64,000 nucleotides of DNA from a virus (lineage: Duplodnaviria; Caudoviricetes), in IMG/VR virus record IMGVR_UViG_3300032295_002257, positions 1 through 64,000 of that record, one strand, 5' to 3'. Both the position numbers and the translations under genes were made by a program. The notes under the pieces were generated by a model. That model had not been told where the DNA came from and searched no databases. It was given only the letters and a program-made list of their open reading frames with translations. Of this stretch, positions 37,601 through 47,140 are shown one piece after another (position 1 is the stretch's first letter; each line of letters starts with the position of its first letter).

Positions 37601-39720
37601 TTTTCAACTAATTGTATCTTATAAAAAAAGTTATTAACTCTTTCCGCAGCAGAACCAAAGTTTACAAAATTTTGAAATGCATAATGCCATTCCGTATCAT
37701 TAGAACCACTTACATATTCTATGTTTAACTTAGATGTATCTATATCTAAATTACTCAAATAACGATTTACTAAATCATTTGATGTTTCACTACCACTAGC
37801 TATTAAATCATCATAAATTTTATAACCAATATCATTACTTGGCGCTACACCAAAATTAGGTCCTTTTAATGGACTACAAACATCACCAATTAATCCACTA
37901 ACTGTTACTGTATCTAAAATTGGATTAGACTGTAATTTAGATAACCAAACTTGCTGATTTGTTTGTATTGATGTTGGTAATGGTTCATATAATTTTACAA
38001 TCAAAGAACCTTCACTACCTGTCCAAGTTGTTACAACTTTATTATCGGCATCACCAAAATTTAAAGTATGGGTTAAATATCTAGATGTTTCGGTATTTAA
38101 TATTTGTGAATCGAATTGCTTTAGGAATCCATCCACTAATCTATTAACCGCAACAGGTCTTGGTATATCTAATAATCCTTTTAAAAATTTTATTGTAATT
38201 AGTTCTTCCTTACCTATTAATGTTTCTTTACCACTTATATTAAATGGAACTAACTTTAAAGTAATTTCAATTTGATTATCAGTTTGAGTAAATGCAACAC
38301 CATCTAATCCAATAAGAGATTGAACATTTAATGTTGTTCTTCCTGTTGCTGGCGCTTGAATGTATGAATTTCCATTTAATTTATAAATTCTTACATAATC
38401 AGTATTAACACTTTCCCATTCTAATTGAAAATCTACATTAGTCCCAACATAATCAGCGCCTTCTATAATAGATGGATATGTTATGTTACGAATATCAGGT
38501 TCACCTACCCAAACTTCATCAACTACGTTCAATGATATATTTAATGGTTGTCCATCACCATCATTATTTCTAGGTATTATTTGAATATTATAAACACCAA
38601 TTCTACTAAATTTATTTGCAGGTATTAATATTACAAATTCAGAATCAACACCTAAATCAGCATAATCAACTACACTTTCACCAATAACAACTCTAAGAGT
38701 ATTAACTACATTATTTTTTGTTAAAGCTATTGGATATGGTGATTCACTATTTTTATTATATCTTCTTTCATTTTTTCCAAAAGTTTCTACAATAGATGGT
38801 AGTTGTAAATTTTTTATAAATACCGTTTCAGTTTGAGTTGAAATGGCAGTATCCGCATCTAACACAAATGAAACTTGCAAACTTTGTAGTGAATCCGATA
38901 CTTGTCTTTTATCAATTTGCCCACCAATAGTTATAACACTATTTGTAAGTCTAAACCCATCATTTGCAGATAATACTGTTATTTTAGTTCCAATTGGGTA
39001 TTCTAAAAGATTATTATTATCTAATATTATCTCACTCGTATCGTTAATTAATAATTTAACAGAACCAATAGCTCCACTATTAACGAAGTTTATATCAGCT
39101 GTAGCTATTGGTTCTACAACTTCAGTAGATTCTCTTACTAATTCAAATTCAGTTGTAAATTGATTTCCATTAGTATTTGTATTTGAAGTAAAGGTAGAAT
39201 CTTCTACTCCATTCACAAACTTTTTTATAGAAACTACAAATGGTGAAACATTTGTAAATACCGGTTGATTTAGATTAGCTAAACCAATTCTACTATTAAT
39301 GTCAAATAATCCATCTCTATTATATCCATTAATAGAAGTTGATGGATCAAATATACTTTCAGTTCTTTCAAATCTAAATTCAGGATTATTAGTTATATTT
39401 ACTCTATATTCCTCTTTGGATGAATAGTTTGTTTTATCTAATTTTATTGTAGCTGCTCCACCCTTTTCACGAAGTTCCGATAATGTAAATCTAAAATAAT
39501 TAGGCGTAGAACCTTTATCATCTCCTCCAAACAATATCTTTGCATCAGATATATTGGATTTAACTTCTACCAAATATTCACCATCCTGTAATTGAGATGG
39601 TGCTACATTAGGAGTATATGTGGATGATGCGCCTGTATTAATTGACGAACCACCACCACCGCCACTACCACCATAGTTATCGTTGGAAAGATTATTATAG
39701 AAATTAAAATTCTCTGCCAT
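34666..39720 (-). CDS. Large baseplate wedge-type protein (PEGA-like, P2 gpI/gp7-like and LamG-like segments)
   Basis: YLVEVKSNISDAKILFGG; NIPEFI...FLDMIGQHFD...LPYLLKHKGT; FNGNLDEFRLW. Confidence 0.6.
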   Translation of the reverse strand: MAENFNFYNNLSNDNYGGSGGGGGSSINTGASSTYTPNVAPSQLQDGEYLVEVKSNISDAKILFGGDDKGSTPNYFRFTLSELREKGGAATIKLDKTNYSSKEEYRVNITNNPEFRFERTESIFDPSTSINGYNRDGLFDINSRIGLANLNQPVFTNVSPFVVSIKKFVNGVEDSTFTSNTNTNGNQFTTEFELVRESTEVVEPIATADINFVNSGAIGSVKLLINDTSEIILDNNNLLEYPIGTKITVLSANDGFRLTNSVITIGGQIDKRQVSDSLQSLQVSFVLDADTAISTQTETVFIKNLQLPSIVETFGKNERRYNKNSESPYPIALTKNNVVNTLRVVIGESVVDYADLGVDSEFVILIPANKFSRIGVYNIQIIPRNNDGDGQPLNISLNVVDEVWVGEPDIRNITYPSIIEGADYVGTNVDFQLEWESVNTDYVRIYKLNGNSYIQAPATGRTTLNVQSLIGLDGVAFTQTDNQIEITLKLVPFNISGKETLIGKEELITIKFLKGLLDIPRPVAVNRLVDGFLKQFDSQILNTETSRYLTHTLNFGDADNKVVTTWTGSEGSLIVKLYEPLPTSIQTNQQVWLSKLQSNPILDTVTVSGLIGDVCSPLKGPNFGVAPSNDIGYKIYDDLIASGSETSNDLVNRYLSNLDIDTSKLNIEYVSGSNDTEWHYAFQNFVNFGSAAERVNNFFYKIQLVEKYKNKLASLTGTTINGVVLTEAMELLLTDDSSEDGGFLQFEIETFVFRNPTEGIEAQKTLDSLNGILRAFDGFELFLYKDLNVLAYPKYSTPGYLGQPTYLLYPTDYIDVVGWYESLLAAATEYDKYNPNYIVNNIPEFIYVNSENNDFMLFLDMIGQHFDTIWVYINALTKMRKLDEAGLKGVPKNFVWNILKSFGWEGKRAFDSQFLWEYAFGQSKEGYPKYSTSLEDANNQVWRRILNNLPYLLKHKGTGRAMKAIMACYGVPQSMLTIMEFGGPQDPTKGGVSEFTFDDRTAAIRMQGSASVLIPWKEIPANTNYPTADYPQAIEFMFKPDTTSSFKILQSSNFSLAITSSATSSVIGFSIGNDYTQSAEFQLRPDYYSNVLINRNTDSGDETFDVYLKTGDGNRILITSSLSLLVSPSGSDWVTNSTLSMGNNFNGNLDEFRLWRVPLEIDKFDNHTLFPDAINGNNYSSSTADLYFRLDFEYPRDRVSFPNILNVAINEGYGEPFATASNFYPTRTDLPSNPSTTIYPYHYVPYDRTVTAKVPSLGFNVSNKIRFESQFNLAGQELTGSNYTASLSYKQRVTKKSFDKSPTDSNRLGLFFSPIKELNMDILRAFGDFNIDNYIGDPSDDYKDSYKQLDDLREYYFERLDRDINEYIQLVRYINKSLFDVLADMAPARAKISKGLLIEPHYLERNKTRWDKPTAVRGDHNSEINVDENVNLVSDYPTFEGEVVERIDATLGFDIANYDGIIYQNDETEIVGENAGYDTTIDYNTEELLDGEYPTYDASIEFSIGETLLAEYESIGKYEAVGMDKNSVANLGYGLYAPNGTTQYKRFTDLEGNVSQSRSNIFLVELTETKNVLTQTNPNEPLLLEDTPTTFKKNVVSIIPFNGSVSVGNGVTNVTELKGYFHTHYRYTNGLSTGLERSYFIGSQQTATTTPDGLPAVETFTTNPNILRVAKTGRGSGEPILEVD

Positions 39721-40982
39721 TATTGTATATTTTGTCTATCAATTAAATTACCATCGACTACTCTTTCTCTACCGAACCCCGTTCCTAAATCTCTTTCAAT
39801 AAAAGATCCACCACCACCACCACGATTTCCACCACTGCCAGCAGTAATGATTGGTGAGGAATATATGATTTCTTCTGTTTTAATAGGAGCTATATATACC
39901 GGCTCTTCAATTGGTGTTATAATTGTTTTAATTGGTTTTTCAATTTCTTTTCTTATCAATCTTTCAACAGAAGCTGCTATACCTGTTATATCAGGTTTAG
40001 TTATTGTCTTTATTTGTAATTCAACTTCTTTAGGTGTAATTACGATATCAGTTTCAGATGATTGTAATATATCACGAACTTCATCTACACTTGCTTCAAA
40101 AGAACTAACAGTTGTAGTTCTTAATTTAACATCTTGTTGAGGTAAATAATAATTAACTATATATGTTAACAATTGCTTACAAGTATTAACAATAGATTCT
40201 TTAGATAATTCTATTTTAGGTTTAGTTCTTTTTGGTTTACCAAAATTAATATCATCGATTTTGGATATTCTATTTGTAAATTCGTATATACTAGCTTGTC
40301 TAAATTTAACATATATATTATTTACAAATACTTCAAAATCTTTTATTTTAAATTCTGATATTAATTCATCTACCCAAGTATTACCATATTTGTTTCTAAT
40401 AAAAGTTGTTAATTTTGTTGCATCAATAGTTTCAATAAATTCTAATGCGTATGCAATTGTATCCTCTCTGAAATCACCATCATTTATGAAAATATTAAAT
40501 CTTTCTTGCAATTCTGGATTTATAGAAACTCCTTCTTTTAATGGAAATAATCTAACTTCTGTTCGAGATGGTGATATCTCATTTATCCATAGTTTATCAT
40601 ATTGCTTCTCACTACCAGCTCGTTTATTAATTAAAGTTATTTGAGTTTTAAATATACCATTAGTATATCCAGCTTCAGCTAATAATCTTTCAGCATCAAT
40701 GAAATATTCGGATGGTAATTTATATTTTTGAAAAAGAGTTCCATCTTGTATTAAAAAATAGTCATTTATATTCTGACTATTCAACGGAATATATCTAACC
40801 AAATTGCCATCAACTTGTGGTAACTGATTATCGTTTATATCATATATAATAAATTCAATGGCATCACTTTCACTAAATCCAAAAAAAGATTGTAAATCTT
40901 GTTCTTCAAAGATTTTTCTATCCTCTGAATTTATAACATATCCTTTGTTATTAATTAACTCTTTTATATTCCTAATTGCCAT
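39720..40982 (-). CDS. Hypothetical virion structural protein
   Basis: 420-aa ORF in the baseplate operon; WINEISPSRTEVRL motif. Confidence 0.55.
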   Translation of the reverse strand: MAIRNIKELINNKGYVINSEDRKIFEEQDLQSFFGFSESDAIEFIIYDINDNQLPQVDGNLVRYIPLNSQNINDYFLIQDGTLFQKYKLPSEYFIDAERLLAEAGYTNGIFKTQITLINKRAGSEKQYDKLWINEISPSRTEVRLFPLKEGVSINPELQERFNIFINDGDFREDTIAYALEFIETIDATKLTTFIRNKYGNTWVDELISEFKIKDFEVFVNNIYVKFRQASIYEFTNRISKIDDINFGKPKRTKPKIELSKESIVNTCKQLLTYIVNYYLPQQDVKLRTTTVSSFEASVDEVRDILQSSETDIVITPKEVELQIKTITKPDITGIAASVERLIRKEIEKPIKTIITPIEEPVYIAPIKTEEIIYSSPIITAGSGGNRGGGGGSFIERDLGTGFGRERVVDGNLIDRQNIQ

Positions 40983-42037
40983 GCTGATTTTTTTCTTTTA
41001 TTTAAAGTTGTATCATAGAACCAATAAGAATATTGACTTCCAATTTTATGAATTAGTTTACCAACCCAATTATCCTTTTTCAATTCACCCATTTCATAGG
41101 CCATATGCTCAGTCCAAGGTTTAACTATAAAATATATATACTTTGTGTATTGCGGTTTTTGCTTCATAAACTTAACAACACCCTTAGCCCACATATTATA
41201 TCCTATAACTAATTTTCTATCCACACCCCACATCATCTCACCATAACGTTCATCCGCATCCCAAATATTTTGAGGTAAGAATCCTTGATTGTATAATTCG
41301 TTACAAATGATTTTCTTTTTCTTACTTCCTGCAATTGCTGCCTGTTGAGCTGCTGCTGCCTGAGATTGTGCGGTGTTTGTTTGAGAAACTAAGTTTGTAA
41401 GCTGACCGTTTAACCCATTAATAGTATTAGTTAAATTATTAATTTGAGTTTGAGCCGTTGCTAATTGTTCATTTAAAACTACAACTTGCCCTTCCAATAA
41501 TTCATTTCTAGCAGTAAGTGAAACTCTTTGAATTGCTTCAGATGTTGCTTTTTGAATTGAGTTTTGTAATTCAACGATACTAGATTGAACTTTGGCAACC
41601 GATTGTCTATTTTGATTTTCAACCGATGCTACTACTATTTCTCTACCATCTAACTCAACTCTAAGAGATTGGGTAACTATTTCTAATTCAGAAACTTTAG
41701 CAGTTAAGTCAGAAACATCAATAGTTAATAATCTAACTTGCTCACGTAAATCTTCTATTTGATCTAATGCTTCATTGTATATACTTCTTAATACAGTATC
41801 AGGAAGTTCTGGTGCCTGAACTGGTATTAGTTCGGTTATAATAGTATCAATGGATTTTACTAATTCCCCTTCGTTATACTTTGGTTTTGTTAATTTACCA
41901 AATAAAATACCATCATCACTAACAGAGCCGCTAAAAACATGCACACCAAATTCATTTTTGGTTTTAATAGCAAGAGAGCCACTTTGAATCAGCTCACTTA
42001 CCTTTATCTCATTTTTTAATCCTGTCTGCTGTTTCAT
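40964..42037 (-). CDS. Coiled-coil protein with C-terminal KIICNEL...IW.AD domain
   Basis: Long heptad region, Ala/Gln linker, then KKKIICNELYNQGFLPQNIWDADERYG...GYNMWA. Confidence 0.6.
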   Translation of the reverse strand: MKQQTGLKNEIKVSELIQSGSLAIKTKNEFGVHVFSGSVSDDGILFGKLTKPKYNEGELVKSIDTIITELIPVQAPELPDTVLRSIYNEALDQIEDLREQVRLLTIDVSDLTAKVSELEIVTQSLRVELDGREIVVASVENQNRQSVAKVQSSIVELQNSIQKATSEAIQRVSLTARNELLEGQVVVLNEQLATAQTQINNLTNTINGLNGQLTNLVSQTNTAQSQAAAAQQAAIAGSKKKKIICNELYNQGFLPQNIWDADERYGEMMWGVDRKLVIGYNMWAKGVVKFMKQKPQYTKYIYFIVKPWTEHMAYEMGELKKDNWVGKLIHKIGSQYSYWFYDTTLNKRKKSAWQLGI

Positions 42038-42041
42038 TGAA

Positions 42042-43118
42042 TTATTTTTCTATTATGCCAAATGTAATATCATCATCGTAGAATATTTCATCACCATCAG
42101 ATACCATTTTAAATTCCAATTTATATACTCGATTTACTTCCCAATTTGAAAAATTAAATTCTATAAAATTTCCAGAGGTATCACAACTAACTTTAGAATG
42201 TGAACTAAATGGAATTATAATATCATCTGATAATAAATCTTTTACCTGATAGTATGTTGTGATTGGTAGGTATTTTACATCGTTATATGCAAATGTGTTT
42301 GTAAATGTTTTAATAGGATATTTTTCTCTACCTGTTATTCTTAATTTTTTAACACTACCAACTTTATACTCTGTTTTAAGGTTTTTAACTCTAACCACAA
42401 CATCATTTGATATAACATCTAATGGTTGCAAAGAACCTGTAGTTATACTTTGGTCATCCCAACTTACAACTAATTTTGGTTGATGAATTGTATATGTTTC
42501 TTTACTAAAGAATTTTAGTTGTCCATAATCATTTGTATCATTTTCCAAAGATGATGAGTATTTTAAGATAAATCCTTCATTTGGTAAACTACCACTCAAC
42601 CATCTTTGAACGATACCTTTAACATCCATATTTAAATCAGCAGTTTCGTAATTAAACGATTGAGATGCCGATACTATTGTGTACCAAGTTCCACCCGTTC
42701 CATCGTTAGGATTACTATCACTACCACTTGCTAAATTTGTTGTTATCCAATCTATAGCAGATTCTCCATTTCTATATGTCCAAGTTACGCCGGTTGTTGA
42801 TACATCATCAAAACGAGTTCCATTGCCCATTTCCCAACTTTGTGAAATTGGATGTGCAAATATTGTATATTCTAATGGAATTTCATTACTTTCAGTTTCT
42901 CTCATCGACAATCTGATATTACTCAGAGTAACATCACCTGCGGCGATAGCTTGTGATAGAGCATTTAAATCAAATTTAATTAATGCTCTAGAAACATCTT
43001 TTATATTCCCATAATAAACTTTACTAACTTCCAATATTTGGTCTAACCCAGTATTTTGGTTTGGTTGTTGTAAGTAAACCGATGCATCTTTTGATGCTGT
43101 AATAAAATAGTATGCCAT
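42042..43118 (-). CDS. Structural protein with DNRLRE/CBM96-like domain
   Basis: KDASVY...PNQNTGLDQILEV...SRALIKFDL...NEGFILK...FFSKET...PKLVVSW. Confidence 0.6.
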   Translation of the reverse strand: MAYYFITASKDASVYLQQPNQNTGLDQILEVSKVYYGNIKDVSRALIKFDLNALSQAIAAGDVTLSNIRLSMRETESNEIPLEYTIFAHPISQSWEMGNGTRFDDVSTTGVTWTYRNGESAIDWITTNLASGSDSNPNDGTGGTWYTIVSASQSFNYETADLNMDVKGIVQRWLSGSLPNEGFILKYSSSLENDTNDYGQLKFFSKETYTIHQPKLVVSWDDQSITTGSLQPLDVISNDVVVRVKNLKTEYKVGSVKKLRITGREKYPIKTFTNTFAYNDVKYLPITTYYQVKDLLSDDIIIPFSSHSKVSCDTSGNFIEFNFSNWEVNRVYKLEFKMVSDGDEIFYDDDITFGIIEK

Positions 43119-45157
43119 TATCTTGCTCTTCCTTTTATATCTGAGTTAGGGAATTTCACTTCAAAAACACAAGGGTCTAAAGATGGATAAATTATCTTCT
43201 CTTTAGTTGCCGCAGTTATATTATATGAATTTGGTGAGTATTGTCCTTTACATTTATTTGTGATTTCTAATTTTGGAACAGACGAAACACCTTCTACATT
43301 AGCTATAGTTAATTCAATTTCACTAAGGTTTATTGTTTGATTAAAAGTCCACTTATCTATTAAGAAAAAGTTTTTTAATTCATTTATACATTGAGTAAGA
43401 ACTTCAGATTTATTATAATTGTCTAATACAGTTATTTCAAAATCAACACCTATGTTTACAATAAATCCATCTATTATATTAACACCATCAGTTAATATTT
43501 TATATTCATTTAGATATGTTTTAAGATTTTGTTTTATTGCTCTATTAATTTGTGTTAAATGTCCATTTCTATTATAACCTAATAAATAAAGGTTAATTGC
43601 AAATGGATTATTTATTTCATTTACATTATCAGTTTTACCTACTAAGAAATTTTTAATTTCTTCTTTTACTTCAGCTGATGATGGCTCTTCATTATCTGCC
43701 TTCTCAATAAATGTCATTACTAAATCAGTAAATTGTTGTAATGAATTTGGAGATGCTAATATGGATGATGGGGAGTTATTATCTAATTGACCATCTGCAC
43801 TAGCATACGCTTTTGCAATACCACCATATCTTGCTGGCATTGATAATACTCTAACTTGATAATCTTTAGCAGTTACTGCTCTATTTTGAGAACCAAAATT
43901 TGCTAATGAATTTTGTCTAATTTCCTCCAATGTTTCAGCACCTCTACCACCTACAGCAGGAACTTCATTATCTACTGCTAATGAATTTTTACTTTGTTGA
44001 TATATACCTCTTTGAACTGGTGTGAATCTTAATAAATCTTCATCATATTCAACCCCTGTTATTCGTGTTATATCTCCAACACTTGTATTGCTAGTAACGC
44101 CACCACCTGTCAAATATTTTATTGTAATTGTTGTATTTGATGGAGAAGTTCCGTATGTTTTTGTTTTTAAGAAGTTTGTTGGGTCAAATGATTCTTCCAG
44201 TCTACTAATAGAGTTTGGTAATCCCAATCCTACATTTTTAAGATTTGGAATTAATTGTTCATCGCTTGCCGATGGGTCTCCTGCTCCAAATTGTATTGTA
44301 GTTGTATTATCATCATTTACTTTAACTACAAATCTTCTAGGAGTTTTTAATGTTTTTAAAATATATGGGACAGTATCTCTAAATTGAAATAGTTCAGGAT
44401 CATTTGATAGTGTATTTTTTTCTTCAATAAAAACCATCTCTTGTCCTAAATAAGGAACTTCGTAATATTTGTTACCATCACCATCTCTTACATCAACAAT
44501 TTGTATTATATTCGTTTCAGAAAGTTCTATAGTTCTAAATGCTTCATACGAACCAAATGTTAATGTTTTTTCGTTAATTATGGATGATATAGCTTGCACC
44601 TGCTTTTTTACTAAATAAAACGATGGTTCGCCCGTATCAGAATCTCTTTGATAAACAGTTACTTCTCTATTATATTCATCTGCAAAATCTACCATTTCTG
44701 TGGTTCTGAATTGCGTTGAGTTACTTTGAGCTTCAACTACCATACCTTCCCTTATTCTTAAATAATATGTCTCATCCGGCTTATTATTAATACCCGTTCC
44801 TATAGAAGGAACTAAATGATATAATGATAATGTGGTTATAGAAGGAGATGTAACTTTTGGTTTGTAACCTAAATATTGAGATAATGCTAATACACTTTTA
44901 GAATCTTCTGCGTATGGCATCAATGATTCTTTAAATGTATCATCAACATAGTATGAAAGAGCATCACCTATATACGATGCCATTTCTATAAACATCATAC
45001 CTGGAGATGTTTCATTAAAATCATTGTAAGTTTTAGGAAAATATGTTTTAGTAAATTCAATTAAATTACTTCTAAATCCCGAAAAATCGGTGTTTAGATA
45101 TTTGATATCTTTACCTTTATTTTTAAAATTTTTACTTACTGTGTTATTAGTTGCCAT
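43118..45157 (-). CDS. Baseplate wedge protein (T4 gp6/baseplate J-like)
   Basis: DFNETSPGMMFIEMASYIGD, GGRGAETLEEIR and QNRAVTAKDY. Confidence 0.85.
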   Translation of the reverse strand: MATNNTVSKNFKNKGKDIKYLNTDFSGFRSNLIEFTKTYFPKTYNDFNETSPGMMFIEMASYIGDALSYYVDDTFKESLMPYAEDSKSVLALSQYLGYKPKVTSPSITTLSLYHLVPSIGTGINNKPDETYYLRIREGMVVEAQSNSTQFRTTEMVDFADEYNREVTVYQRDSDTGEPSFYLVKKQVQAISSIINEKTLTFGSYEAFRTIELSETNIIQIVDVRDGDGNKYYEVPYLGQEMVFIEEKNTLSNDPELFQFRDTVPYILKTLKTPRRFVVKVNDDNTTTIQFGAGDPSASDEQLIPNLKNVGLGLPNSISRLEESFDPTNFLKTKTYGTSPSNTTITIKYLTGGGVTSNTSVGDITRITGVEYDEDLLRFTPVQRGIYQQSKNSLAVDNEVPAVGGRGAETLEEIRQNSLANFGSQNRAVTAKDYQVRVLSMPARYGGIAKAYASADGQLDNNSPSSILASPNSLQQFTDLVMTFIEKADNEEPSSAEVKEEIKNFLVGKTDNVNEINNPFAINLYLLGYNRNGHLTQINRAIKQNLKTYLNEYKILTDGVNIIDGFIVNIGVDFEITVLDNYNKSEVLTQCINELKNFFLIDKWTFNQTINLSEIELTIANVEGVSSVPKLEITNKCKGQYSPNSYNITAATKEKIIYPSLDPCVFEVKFPNSDIKGRAR

Positions 45158-45161
45158 TTGC

Positions 45162-45584
45162 TTATATTGTAAAAGTTACCTGATTTAAACTCACCGAATC
45201 TCCAATTCTAAAATTTATAGATATGTTAACTTGATTTCTATCTTTTAGGAAATCCGTTTGTTCTATATCAATAGTATCAACACTAACATATGGTAACCAT
45301 TGTGCTAATGTAGATGTTATAACTTCTTCTATTTTAACCGAAAGTTCATCATCGTTAAAATCAAAAACCAATTCATTCAAACCACTTCCCAAAAAGGGTT
45401 GCATTACTCTTTCTTTTCTTTTGGTTAATAATAAAGATTTTATATTTGTTCTAACCTGGTCAAATGTTTTAAATGATTGATTAAAAGCAGTATTACCTAT
45501 TTGTAACGGCAAAGTGATACCTATTGGAATATCTTCAAATTGTTTTAAATCAGTTACAGGTTTACTACCTAATATTACAGCCAT
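45162..45584 (-). CDS. Baseplate protein (gp25/GPW-like)
   Basis: IKSLLLTKRKERVMQPFLGSGL...F; TLAQWLPYV. Confidence 0.85.
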   Translation of the reverse strand: MAVILGSKPVTDLKQFEDIPIGITLPLQIGNTAFNQSFKTFDQVRTNIKSLLLTKRKERVMQPFLGSGLNELVFDFNDDELSVKIEEVITSTLAQWLPYVSVDTIDIEQTDFLKDRNQVNISINFRIGDSVSLNQVTFTI

Positions 45585-46081
45585 TATTTTTTATTAAATC
45601 TTTTTACCAATTCAGAATAATCTCTGTTCAATGCTTTATCCAATGCATCATTTCCGGTTTGAACTCCCAATCCACTTGGTTGAGCTCCACCTCCACCTAA
45701 ATCACCATATCCCATTTTAGATGCCATTTCAGCTCTCAATCCAGCCAAACCAGCACCTGCTATATTTGGATTACTGAAATTCACAGTCTTATCCATAGTG
45801 CTTTGTCTAGTTTCATTTAAGATTTGGTTTAATACCGCATCTTTCACATATTGAACCTCTTCTACCTTTTGGGTAGTTTTTTTAGGAGTATCTTCACCTA
45901 AAATCGCTTTTGCCATAGACAACCCAGCACTCTCTTTTTTTGGTTGCTGAGTTTTAATTTGTTCGGATAAAATCCTTTTTACTTCAGACCTTACACTTTC
46001 TTTAATTAGAGTAGGTAATTGTTCCTTTAACTCTTCTTTTATAAGAATTTGTATGGCTTTTAATAATTTACTACTATCCAT
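45584..46081 (-). CDS. Hypothetical late protein
   Basis: 165 aa; LIKEELKE, VLNQILNET and KALNRDYSEL motifs; late motif upstream. Confidence 0.55.
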   Translation of the reverse strand: MDSSKLLKAIQILIKEELKEQLPTLIKESVRSEVKRILSEQIKTQQPKKESAGLSMAKAILGEDTPKKTTQKVEEVQYVKDAVLNQILNETRQSTMDKTVNFSNPNIAGAGLAGLRAEMASKMGYGDLGGGGAQPSGLGVQTGNDALDKALNRDYSELVKRFNKK

Positions 46082-46105
46082 TGTATTATGTTTCTTTGTT
46101 GTTAA

Positions 46106-46114
46106 TATAAATAT
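46106..46114 (-). promoter_or_regulatory. Putative late promoter motif ATATTTATA
   Basis: Upstream of the start at 46081. Confidence 0.55.
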
Positions 46115-46168
46115 CCGATTTGTTTATTTTTTGAGATTATATCCAAAAGTTTAGGATTTTACCATTTG

Positions 46169-47140
46169 TTATGCTTTTGTTTTTTGAGATTCAACTGCTT
46201 GTTTACCATTTTCATTTAATCTCCACAATGCAACTGTAGAAAAATCTACATTATTTTTTTGAATAGCTCTTTGAGTAAAATCACTTACCCATTTAAATCC
46301 TGTCCAAACTTGTATGTGTCCATATGGTTTATTATTTGTATAACCCATAACAACTATATCCCCAACTTGCCATTGTGATGCATTATCAAAATAAGATAAA
46401 GATATTTTAACTTTATCATTGTAATAAACTTTACCACCTATATTATTTGCAAATGAACTTCTACCCCCACCAGTACTTGGATTTTTAAAAGAAAACCAAT
46501 CAGCGTTTCCACTAATTCTCCCCAACCCAGAAACACCAGTTAGAGCGGCAACAACCGCTTGAGTACCTTGTGGACACAAACCATGTATTCCCTTAATATA
46601 TCCTGATTTTAAATTTTCATATCTAACTTTTGGATTTTTTCCAAGTTTTGGAGCCAATCCTCCTGCAATTTTTAAAAGTTCATCTAAATTCTTATAACCA
46701 CTTTTTAGAGTATTATCAGTTCCAGTAACTTCCACAACACCCTGTTCATATAATGCATTATCAATAATTTCTGCAACAACATTATTTAATTGAGTTGCGG
46801 CAGTTTTTCCTAAATCATCAGTTGCTCCACTTAATGAAATTTGTTGATCAATTTTATTAATATCGGGATTGATAATAGCTTGAACTTCTGGACTATTTTT
46901 ATCTAAAGGTATTTTACTCCAATCAAGTTTATCATAGACATTAACGTTTGGTTGCGATGGAGATGCAGGTGGAACTGTGTAACCCGTCCACAAAACAATA
47001 CCTGGTGCAGGAGTTGATAATGGTGGATATAATGATACAGTGCTAGCCATACCACTAACAGTAGTTAAATGAATTGTTGCATATCTTATAAATTCATCTA
47101 CAATTAATTCGGTATTATTGGTTGGTGGTATTGCTGCCAT
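46169..47140 (-). CDS. Tail-associated NlpC/P60-CHAP-like peptidoglycan amidase
   Basis: GLCPQGT (Cys), GDIVV, YGHIQVW (His) and WVSDFTQ. Confidence 0.7.
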   Translation of the reverse strand: MAAIPPTNNTELIVDEFIRYATIHLTTVSGMASTVSLYPPLSTPAPGIVLWTGYTVPPASPSQPNVNVYDKLDWSKIPLDKNSPEVQAIINPDINKIDQQISLSGATDDLGKTAATQLNNVVAEIIDNALYEQGVVEVTGTDNTLKSGYKNLDELLKIAGGLAPKLGKNPKVRYENLKSGYIKGIHGLCPQGTQAVVAALTGVSGLGRISGNADWFSFKNPSTGGGRSSFANNIGGKVYYNDKVKISLSYFDNASQWQVGDIVVMGYTNNKPYGHIQVWTGFKWVSDFTQRAIQKNNVDFSTVALWRLNENGKQAVESQKTKA

